This document shows, one piece after another, positions 41,154 to 48,737 of a stretch of 58,878 nt of DNA. The position numbers and the translations under genes are program-made. Position 1 is the stretch's first letter. Every line of letters begins with the position of its first letter. This DNA is from a virus (lineage: Duplodnaviria; Caudoviricetes), in IMG/VR virus record IMGVR_UViG_3300032242_000714, positions 1 through 58,878 of that record, one strand, 5' to 3'. Below the pieces are notes generated by a model. The model did not search any database. It was not told where the DNA came from and was given only the letters and a program-made list of their open reading frames with translations.

Positions 41154-41322
41154 AAAAATATTTAATACTAAATTACACATACTTTACATAGTAGATAATT
41201 TAATAAATAATAGTAACATGTTGATTGGAGTATACAACGATCAAAAGAAGATTTTTGAAAGTGTGAAATAAAACTTTATATTGGCAGATAAATAAAACTA
41301 TACATAACACTGGAGCGAGCCA

Positions 41323-41619
41323 ATGTCATCACACAACGACATAAGATTAGTAAAATATCTATTCCTACTTATGCTATTTCCTTTGGCGTTAGCAATGTGT
41401 AGTGGAGATAGATTCCGTTACCCTTGCCAAGACCCGAGTAACTGGGACAAGGATATGTGTAAATTTCCTGTATGTGATGTGACAAGAACTTGTCCAGAGC
41501 ACATATTTAAAGGTCAAAGAGACCCAAGATTAGGACCACCAAAAGATGATAACTCTAAACCAGATATTAAGCCGATGGCTTCCGTCGCACCATCACAAGG
41601 AGCAAACTGTGGAAAATAA
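41323..41619 (+). CDS. Exported Cys-rich small protein/lipoprotein
   Basis: Hydrophobic N-terminus; C..DRFRYPCQDP.NW....C..P.C....CP; GGAG SD; TAAATA at 41289. Confidence 0.7.
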   Translation: MSSHNDIRLVKYLFLLMLFPLALAMCSGDRFRYPCQDPSNWDKDMCKFPVCDVTRTCPEHIFKGQRDPRLGPPKDDNSKPDIKPMASVAPSQGANCGK

Positions 41620-42271
41620 TAACAATCAACCACACCAACATATTTTTTACACAGAAGAGCAGTTAATGGCTCGTCTGAAATTCTTTATCGGTATTTGTTT
41701 ATCATTAACATTGTTCGGTATTGTTTTTGTTGTGCTGTATTCATTAATTTTTGTAACACAACCATTGAATGCCATTAGCCCAATTGATCAAAAGTTTTTT
41801 GAACTTATTGTTCCTATTGCTACATTCTTAACAGGTACACTATCCGGTATTATGTTAGCAGGTAATGATAAGGACTCTCAAGCGGCAGCATTGAAGGCCG
41901 CAAACTCAGGGTGGGATCGACCACCAACACCAGTAAGTCCATCACCTGGAGGATTAAGCAATGGCGGATTCAGTTCAACGACATCAGCAACAGGATTTGG
42001 CGGCGGGGCTACAGCATTTGGCGCACCTGCGGCAGGAGGATTCGGAGCACAAGCCAGTGGTTTTGGCTCAACACAACCCGCAGGAGGCTTTGGCGCAAAT
42101 CCAAGCACTGGAGCGGCAGCGTTTGGGGGTAGCGGAGGCGGCTTTGGAGGCACACCTGCACCAGTTAGTACGCCAGCGTTTACAGCACCAACAGAAACAT
42201 TAACAGTACAAGTAGTAGCAGGATACGGTGGAAAACCAGCACCAATCCAACCAGACCAACCAGTAATTTAA
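41609..42271 (+). CDS. Two-TM membrane protein with Gly/Phe-rich disordered tail
   Basis: GTG start after AAGGAG; two TM helices; repeated GGFG/AFG/GFG. Confidence 0.75.
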   Translation: MENNNNQPHQHIFYTEEQLMARLKFFIGICLSLTLFGIVFVVLYSLIFVTQPLNAISPIDQKFFELIVPIATFLTGTLSGIMLAGNDKDSQAAALKAANSGWDRPPTPVSPSPGGLSNGGFSSTTSATGFGGGATAFGAPAAGGFGAQASGFGSTQPAGGFGANPSTGAAAFGGSGGGFGGTPAPVSTPAFTAPTETLTVQVVAGYGGKPAPIQPDQPVI

Positions 42272-42280
42272 GGATATAAC

Positions 42281-42484
42281 ATGAAAAAAGTATTATTAAC
42301 ATTATCACTATTAGCATTCTTAGGCACAGCATTTGCCGAAGCAGAAGTAAAAGAAGTTTGTCACGATAAAGTAGACAAAGCAGGTAAAGTTGTAAATGGC
42401 AAGGACGGCAACCCTGTTCAAGAATGTAAAAAGATCAAAGTACATAAGAAACTTGAAGGTACAGACGTTCCAGTTAAAAAATAA
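42281..42484 (+). CDS. Small secreted protein
   Basis: Signal peptide MKKVLLTLSLLAFLGTAFA; two Cys; KIKVHKKLEGT. Confidence 0.7.
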   Translation: MKKVLLTLSLLAFLGTAFAEAEVKEVCHDKVDKAGKVVNGKDGNPVQECKKIKVHKKLEGTDVPVKK

Positions 42485-42490
42485 TAGAAC

Positions 42491-42534
42491 TTGACTTAGC
42501 CACAAAGGTATAGTATAATTTTACTATACCTTTT
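42491..42534 (+). promoter_or_regulatory. sigma70 promoter for dnaJ-def-clpA overlapped by a 12-bp inverted repeat/terminator
   Basis: TTGACT(42491)-17-TATAAT(42514-19); aaaggtatagta(42504-15)/tactataccttt(42522-33). Confidence 0.75.
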
Positions 42535-42543
42535 CTTATTAAC

Positions 42544-43377
42544 ATGTCAGATCACTACCAAACGTTAGGTGTTGGCAAAAATGCCAGTCCAGATGAAATT
42601 AAACGAGCATATCGCAAGTTAGCGAGCCAGCATCACCCCGACAAGGGCGGAGACACTCAACGGTTCCAAGAAATTCAAGCGGCCTACGAAACACTTAGTG
42701 ATCCTGCCAAACGATCCGAGTACGATAATCCACAACCACAATTCGGTGGAATGAATTTTGGCGGCGGCGGTGTGCCTCCGGGCTTTGAAGATATCTTTGG
42801 ACAAATGTTCGGTAATGGTAATCCATTCTTTGGTGCCGGATTTCAACAAAGACCTCAACATCGAAATAGTAATGTTCAAATGCAGATGAATATTACTTTA
42901 GAAGAAGCGTATCACGGTAAAGAAATTATCACAGATATACAATTGCCCAGCGGTATTAAAACTGTAGAGATTAAAATTCCTGCAGGTATTAACACAGGAC
43001 AGACACTGAGAGTCAGTGGTGCTGGAGAAAGCATTCATAGAGGAATGCCTCCCGGAGATCTACTAATTCAAATCAATGTAATAAATCATCACAGATACAA
43101 CAGACAAGGTGACGACTTATACTCGGATATTCATTTAAGTGTTTGGGAAGCAATGGTGGGAACTGAACGTGACTTTATCTGTATTGATGGAACACAATTA
43201 ACAGTATCAGTACCCCCAGGTATTCAATTTGGACAGGCAATTAGACTTGTGGGGCGAGGTATGCCAATGTTACATCAAAATCACTTCAAAGGAAATCAAT
43301 TCCTTAAAGTGAATATAGAAATCCCAAGAACACTAACAGATCAACAAAAAGATCTTGTTCGCCAATTTATAAATTAA
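42544..43377 (+). CDS. dnaJ: DnaJ-class chaperone (type II, CbpA-like, no Zn finger)
   Basis: J-domain with HPD, G/F-rich linker, C-terminal substrate-binding domains. Confidence 0.92.
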   Translation: MSDHYQTLGVGKNASPDEIKRAYRKLASQHHPDKGGDTQRFQEIQAAYETLSDPAKRSEYDNPQPQFGGMNFGGGGVPPGFEDIFGQMFGNGNPFFGAGFQQRPQHRNSNVQMQMNITLEEAYHGKEIITDIQLPSGIKTVEIKIPAGINTGQTLRVSGAGESIHRGMPPGDLLIQINVINHHRYNRQGDDLYSDIHLSVWEAMVGTERDFICIDGTQLTVSVPPGIQFGQAIRLVGRGMPMLHQNHFKGNQFLKVNIEIPRTLTDQQKDLVRQFIN

Positions 43378-43388
43378 ATATTACAACT

Positions 43389-43892
43389 ATGCTAAAACTT
43401 GTAACATTCCCCAATACAATTCTCGCGGAGCGTATGCCGGATTTTGATTTTGAAAATCCTATCATGGATCCAAAAGAATTAGAAAAACAAATGATCGAAT
43501 TTATGTTTGCCAACAACGGTTTAGGCCTTGCCGCCAATCAAATCGGCATTCGTGCTCGTGTGTTTACCATGGGGCACAGCCAAGATCCAGATTCGGCACA
43601 GGCATTCTTTAACCCAATCATTGAAAACATTTCAGAAGAACTGTATGATGTGGAAGAAGGATGTTTGAGTTTCCCCGGAATTTTTGTTAAAATAAAACGT
43701 CCCAGAAAGATTCAGGTCACTTATCAAACTTCATCAGAAGAAACTAAAACTGAAATATTAGAAGACTACAATGCCAAATGCTTCTTACACAAGTATGATC
43801 ATTTAGAAGGCATTACATATAAAGACAGAACCAGCACCCTTAGATGGGCAATGGCAATTAAAAAATCAAAACCAAAGAGGAAGTTTAAGTAA
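43389..43892 (+). CDS. def: Peptide deformylase with catalytic HExxH altered to HKYDH
   Basis: GLGLAANQ, EEGCLS and HKYDHLEG motifs. Confidence 0.85.
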   Translation: MLKLVTFPNTILAERMPDFDFENPIMDPKELEKQMIEFMFANNGLGLAANQIGIRARVFTMGHSQDPDSAQAFFNPIIENISEELYDVEEGCLSFPGIFVKIKRPRKIQVTYQTSSEETKTEILEDYNAKCFLHKYDHLEGITYKDRTSTLRWAMAIKKSKPKRKFK

Positions 43893-46166
43893 ATGTTAGA
43901 ACCAAATAGTGATCTCGAAGCCATGTTTGAACGTGCGGTTAGTGTAGCAACTAAACAACAGCACGAGTATATTACATTAGAGCATTTTTTATACAGCATG
44001 GTATTGGACCAGAAGTTTAGCGAATTGCTAAAAAACTTTGGTGCCGAAGTAGATCAATTAAAAAAGAACCTTGAAAAGTTCATTGAAGTTGATTTGGTTG
44101 ATATCAAAACTAACAATCCTAATCAAAAGCCTAAGAAAACAAACACAGTCGAGCGTATGTTGAATCGTGCGTTTACACAGGTACTGTTCAGTGGTCGTTC
44201 TACAATTGAACCAATTGACTGCTTTATCAGTTTGTTCTCAGAAAAGAAAAGTTTTGCCAACTTCTTCATGCGTAAGGCCAAGATTGACAAAGATAAGTTT
44301 ATTGAATATGTAAACAATGAAGTAGTTCAAGAAGGACAAGAAGTCGGTGATGCCAGCAACAACCAACTTGAGCGTATGTTGGTTCAGTACTGCGCTAACT
44401 TGAATAATAAGGTTAAACAGAAGAAAGTAGATCCTGTTATTGGACGTGAAAAAGAAATTGAGGACATGCAACTGATCCTTGCTCGTCGTCAAAAGGCTAA
44501 TGTAATGTTGATCGGTGATCCTGGCGTCGGGAAGACTGCCATAGCCGAAGGCTTAGCCAAGAAGATTGTAGAAGGTAATGTTCCTAAGTTTATTCAGGAT
44601 CATACTGTCTACAGTTTAGATATCAGTGCTATGTTAGCAGGCTCTAAATACCGAGGTGACTTTGAAGAGCGTCTAAAGATGGTATTGGCCGCACTTGAGA
44701 AAAAAGGTAAGTGTATTCTATTCATTGACGAGGCACACATGATGAGCGGTGCTGGTGCTGTCAGTGGTGGAAGTAATGACATGGCCAATATGTTGAAGCC
44801 AGCATTGGGCAAAGGTGTATTAAAAGTTATTGCTTCAACTACATGGGAAGAATTCCGTAAACACTTTGAAAAGGATCGTGCTCTAATGCGCAGGTTCCAA
44901 CGTGTTACAGTCGACGAGCCTTCAGAAGCATTGGCTATCAAGATCATCAAAGGTCTTAAAAAGTATTACGAAAAACATCACGGTGTTAAGATCACTAACC
45001 AAGCGGTTATTGATTCAGTAAAGTATTCTATCAAGTATATGACAGACAAGAAGTTGCCCGATAAGGCAATTGACTTACTTGACTGTGCCTGTGCCCGCTT
45101 TAAGATCAAAGATGTAGAAGGTGGCATTGTTGATCACGATGAGATTGTATTTGAAGTTAGCAAGGCCGCAAACTTGCCAGTAGAACGCATTGCGGCCAAA
45201 GAAGATCGCAACTTAAAAGACCTCGACAAGAACATGCGTGGTAAGGTCTTTGGACAAGAGTCAGCAATTGAGATTTTGTTAGACAAGATTTATATTGCTC
45301 AAGCAGGACTAAAATCACTGAATCGTCCTGTAGGTAACTTCTTGTTTGTCGGCCCAACTGGTGTTGGTAAGACTGAAACTGCTAAAGTATTAGCATCAAG
45401 TCTTGGTGTACAACTTGTACGTTTTGACATGAGTGAATTCCAAGAGCAACATTCAGTGGCTAAATTCATCGGTGCTCCTCCCGGATATGTTGGCTTTGAA
45501 GACAACGCAGGACAACTTATTACTAAGTTACAAGAGCATCCAAATGCTGTAATACTGTTTGACGAGATTGAAAAGGCACATCCAAGCGTAGCAAATGTCC
45601 TGTTAGGTCTAATGGATAATGGATTCGTAACAGGATCGAACGGTAAAGTAGCAGATGGTCGCAACGCAATCATCATCATGACTTCGAATCTCGGAGCCGC
45701 TGATGCTGAAAAGAACGCCGTGGGCTTTGGTAGTTTAGAACGTGGCGATGAAAGCAATGATGCTATCAACAGTTTCTTCAAACCAGAATTCCGCAATCGT
45801 TTAGATGGCATTATCAAGTTTGGCAAGTTAGATCATAACACAATGGCCAAGATTGTTAAGAAGTTTATTGACGAATTGAATGGTTTGTTGAAAGACAAAC
45901 ATGTTGCTATCAAACTTACAGCAGATGCCGCAGAACTATTGATCAAGAAAGGATTTAATCGTAAAATGGGTGCTCGCCCATTGGCACGTACAATCGACGA
46001 AATGATCAAGAAACCTTTGAGTAAGGAAATCTTATTTGGTAATCTTACCAACGGTGGAATCGTAGAAGTAGGTTGCGATAAAGATAAAATTGTGTTAAAC
46101 TATGTTGAAGTTCTACCTATTGTAGAACCCGTCAAAGTGGACACAGATGAAGTACCTTCTAACTGA
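43893..46166 (+). CDS. clpA: ATP-dependent Clp protease ATP-binding subunit ClpA
   Basis: Clp N-domain HEYITLEH, two AAA+ modules (GDPGVGKT, GPTGVGKT), GYVG pore loop, VGF ClpP-docking loop, no ClpB middle domain. Confidence 0.93.
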   Translation: MLEPNSDLEAMFERAVSVATKQQHEYITLEHFLYSMVLDQKFSELLKNFGAEVDQLKKNLEKFIEVDLVDIKTNNPNQKPKKTNTVERMLNRAFTQVLFSGRSTIEPIDCFISLFSEKKSFANFFMRKAKIDKDKFIEYVNNEVVQEGQEVGDASNNQLERMLVQYCANLNNKVKQKKVDPVIGREKEIEDMQLILARRQKANVMLIGDPGVGKTAIAEGLAKKIVEGNVPKFIQDHTVYSLDISAMLAGSKYRGDFEERLKMVLAALEKKGKCILFIDEAHMMSGAGAVSGGSNDMANMLKPALGKGVLKVIASTTWEEFRKHFEKDRALMRRFQRVTVDEPSEALAIKIIKGLKKYYEKHHGVKITNQAVIDSVKYSIKYMTDKKLPDKAIDLLDCACARFKIKDVEGGIVDHDEIVFEVSKAANLPVERIAAKEDRNLKDLDKNMRGKVFGQESAIEILLDKIYIAQAGLKSLNRPVGNFLFVGPTGVGKTETAKVLASSLGVQLVRFDMSEFQEQHSVAKFIGAPPGYVGFEDNAGQLITKLQEHPNAVILFDEIEKAHPSVANVLLGLMDNGFVTGSNGKVADGRNAIIIMTSNLGAADAEKNAVGFGSLERGDESNDAINSFFKPEFRNRLDGIIKFGKLDHNTMAKIVKKFIDELNGLLKDKHVAIKLTADAAELLIKKGFNRKMGARPLARTIDEMIKKPLSKEILFGNLTNGGIVEVGCDKDKIVLNYVEVLPIVEPVKVDTDEVPSN

Positions 46167-46848
46167 AAAATTATTCTATAACAAATACCCTTATAAGGTA
46201 GAGTGTAATGTGCCCTATGCCACATGTCTCGGACATGAAAGGTATGGGTTCACTTACAACTTGTTGAACAAACGCAGAGCAGGAGATAAACTCTCAATGG
46301 CCACATTCCCTGGCCAGGCTCTGCGAGCAGTAAGTGATATTAAGTTTAGGAAATTTGCTGAAGCAGTTGAACGATATATCTTTCAACACAACGATCTTAA
46401 CATCAAAATTCGTACCGAAAACAATATTATCAGTTTTTTCTGCGCAGATGAAACTGTTATTGATGATTTAGTAAAACGTGTTCCTGAGTTTATTGATGTT
46501 GTATATAAACCCAAGGACACAGAAGCCTTAGAATATCTGCTGAAAAACAATAGGAAGGTATTGGTTAAATTATTGCCTTACGGAAAGTATCGTTATAAGA
46601 TCACCCTACGTGAAAGTATGCCCTCAGATGATCGGGATAAGTTTTATACATGGGTCAATAAATTCACCAGCGATGGTTTGAAGTATCATATCAGTCCAAG
46701 CACTCATAGATTTTTAAGTAATCAGTCTTGGTACGTTCAAAATCCGTTCTTCTACGCAGAAACACAGGGCGATGCTTCAATGGCTACTCTGTTTTTAGGC
46801 ACTAACATCAAAAACATCTATGAATATGTAGCAACTGAAACAGCATAA
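46147..46848 (+). CDS. Hypothetical protein
   Basis: 233-aa ORF overlapping end of clpA. Confidence 0.7.
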   Translation: MKYLLTEKLFYNKYPYKVECNVPYATCLGHERYGFTYNLLNKRRAGDKLSMATFPGQALRAVSDIKFRKFAEAVERYIFQHNDLNIKIRTENNIISFFCADETVIDDLVKRVPEFIDVVYKPKDTEALEYLLKNNRKVLVKLLPYGKYRYKITLRESMPSDDRDKFYTWVNKFTSDGLKYHISPSTHRFLSNQSWYVQNPFFYAETQGDASMATLFLGTNIKNIYEYVATETA

Positions 46849-46874
46849 ATATAGGTTTAAGAACCTATATTATG
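46844..46874 (+). promoter_or_regulatory. TAAATA late promoter embedded in a hairpin that covers the start codon
   Basis: cataaatataggtt-taag-aacctatattatg; TAAATA 46846-46851; ATG 46872. Confidence 0.65.
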
Positions 46875-47327
46875 TCCGCACTCAGTAAAGCATACAAATT
46901 CATTGTAAGTACAGGATTACTAACTACCGCTACCAGTGCGGCCGCAAGTTATCCAGTATATCCTATTGGAGTATCAGGTCCGCAGACCTTTGTTAGTTTC
47001 CAAGAAAAAGGTCCAGGATACTACGGTACAACAACTGGTCAGCAGACAATTGCCCTAACCAATACTCCTAACTTCTTAGGCACAGTATTGATACAGGGAA
47101 CACTGAGTTTAGATCCAGCAGAGTCAGATTGGTTTGATTTAGATGGCGGCTTATTCAGTTATAATGAAGCAAGCCCTGGATACAACGCAGGATCTGGCTT
47201 AGGTTATAGCATGAACGGTAATGGACTTAGAACTGATTCGTTAGTAGCAACAGGTTTATTTGCTTATACAAGAGCAATTGTAACTGCTACCCAAGGTACA
47301 GTTATGTTTATCAACTTTAATTACTAA
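46872..47327 (+). CDS. Probable virion structural protein
   Basis: Beta-rich; GYYG, IQGTLSLDPAESDWFD motif; late promoter. Confidence 0.6.
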   Translation: MSALSKAYKFIVSTGLLTTATSAAASYPVYPIGVSGPQTFVSFQEKGPGYYGTTTGQQTIALTNTPNFLGTVLIQGTLSLDPAESDWFDLDGGLFSYNEASPGYNAGSGLGYSMNGNGLRTDSLVATGLFAYTRAIVTATQGTVMFINFNY

Positions 47328-47374
47328 CAAAATCCTGCTAAATACTCTAACTGGAGTCAAACTGAGGCACAACT

Positions 47375-47749
47375 ATGCTATTAAACGAATTTTTTGGTTC
47401 TTATGACGCCGCTGGCGCTAAGAAGGAAGATGAAAAACATAAAAAGAAATATGAAGAAGCCGAGTTGGCTGACGCAATTTATGAATTCATTCTTCACAAC
47501 GACAAACTCCACAAAGAGCAGTTTATTCCTATTGCTCAGAAAATACACCGCAACCCCACAAAAGAACACGATAACGAAATTTGGATGCCACTAGTAACCA
47601 AAGGCTGTATGGAATTCTACCATCACAACAAGATGATGGAAGATCCACTAAAGATGTTTCATAAAAAATTCCGCAGTGATCTTTGCGAACTATTTGCCAC
47701 AGAGTGTAATAAAGACATTCTCAAGGGCGAATTTGAGTTAGGGGATTAA
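47375..47749 (+). CDS. Putative head-internal protein
   Basis: N-terminus MLLNEFF; TAAATA at 47339. Confidence 0.6.
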   Translation: MLLNEFFGSYDAAGAKKEDEKHKKKYEEAELADAIYEFILHNDKLHKEQFIPIAQKIHRNPTKEHDNEIWMPLVTKGCMEFYHHNKMMEDPLKMFHKKFRSDLCELFATECNKDILKGEFELGD

Positions 47750-47750
47750 T

Positions 47751-48737
47751 GTGTTTCTAAATGAACTATTCAACAACACAAAAACTCCTCTAAATGAAGG
47801 TGGTAATGTATTTGCAGGTAAGACCACTGCTATCAAGCGTGAAGATATTCCTTCAACACTAAACGCTTACTTTGCTGAACTGAAAAGTATGTTCCCAAAG
47901 AAGGCCGCAATCTTTAATGAAAAGAATTTTATGCCACTTGGCTCTGTTGGTAAAAAAGCAGTCAGTGGAGATATTGATTTAGGTGTTAGTGCCACAGACA
48001 TTCTTGATAAAACAATGAGCGATGCAAGTATTGCGGCTTGGGGAGTTGATCCTAAAGCAGTAGCCGCAGAGTTTGAAGCACTAAAGAAACGTGCTCGTAC
48101 AAGTACTCCAGAACAACTAAGAATGAAAGCATTCTTAAAACATCTAACACTATACATCAATAGCCATGCTCCGAGTCTATACACTGATGAAAAGAAAGTC
48201 ACAGACGGCAACATCTTTGGATTATTTCCACAAATAGACGCACAAGGACAACATGTAGGCAGTGGTGTTCAAATTGATTGGATGATTGGTGATCTAAATT
48301 GGTTAAAGTTCAGTTATTACTCTGCGGCTTACCCAGAAGGCAGTAATGTCAAAGGACTTCACAGAACACAATTGATGCTAAGTGCTTTCCAAGTAGCAGG
48401 TCTAAGTTTCAATCACGTCGGTGGTGTTAAAGACAAAGAGACTGGAGAAGTCATTGCTCGCGATCCAGACCAAGCATTAGGTGTGTTAGGTCAAAGACTA
48501 GGATTTAAGATCACACAAGCAGATGCAGAAGACTATTATAAACTTCACAAACTATTCCAAACAAAGATGAGTCCAGAGAATTACAACTCGCTAATCAACA
48601 TTTACTTTAAGATCTTGGACAGCACTCGTGCTGACATTCCAGATGATCTACAAGGCGAATGGCGTAAGCGTCAGGGAAGTCTTGGACTAACAGGTAAGTT
48701 CCTACCTGACAATTCAGCATTAAAGGCGAGACAATAA
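47751..48737 (+). CDS. Pol-beta/PolX-superfamily nucleotidyltransferase, putatively head-packaged
   Basis: GTG start MFLNELF...LNEGGN; LGSVGKKAVSGDIDL and VQIDWM give the GS..DxD..D triad. Confidence 0.7.
   Translation: MFLNELFNNTKTPLNEGGNVFAGKTTAIKREDIPSTLNAYFAELKSMFPKKAAIFNEKNFMPLGSVGKKAVSGDIDLGVSATDILDKTMSDASIAAWGVDPKAVAAEFEALKKRARTSTPEQLRMKAFLKHLTLYINSHAPSLYTDEKKVTDGNIFGLFPQIDAQGQHVGSGVQIDWMIGDLNWLKFSYYSAAYPEGSNVKGLHRTQLMLSAFQVAGLSFNHVGGVKDKETGEVIARDPDQALGVLGQRLGFKITQADAEDYYKLHKLFQTKMSPENYNSLINIYFKILDSTRADIPDDLQGEWRKRQGSLGLTGKFLPDNSALKARQ

Noticed and set aside
41160-41320. AT-rich gap as tRNA, ncRNA or replication origin
   Set aside because: No cloverleaf, T-loop or iterons seen; adequately explained by divergent TAAATA promoters
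42491-42534. CIRCE heat-shock operator upstream of dnaJ
   Set aside because: The inverted repeat does not match TTAGCACTC-N9-GAGTGCTAA
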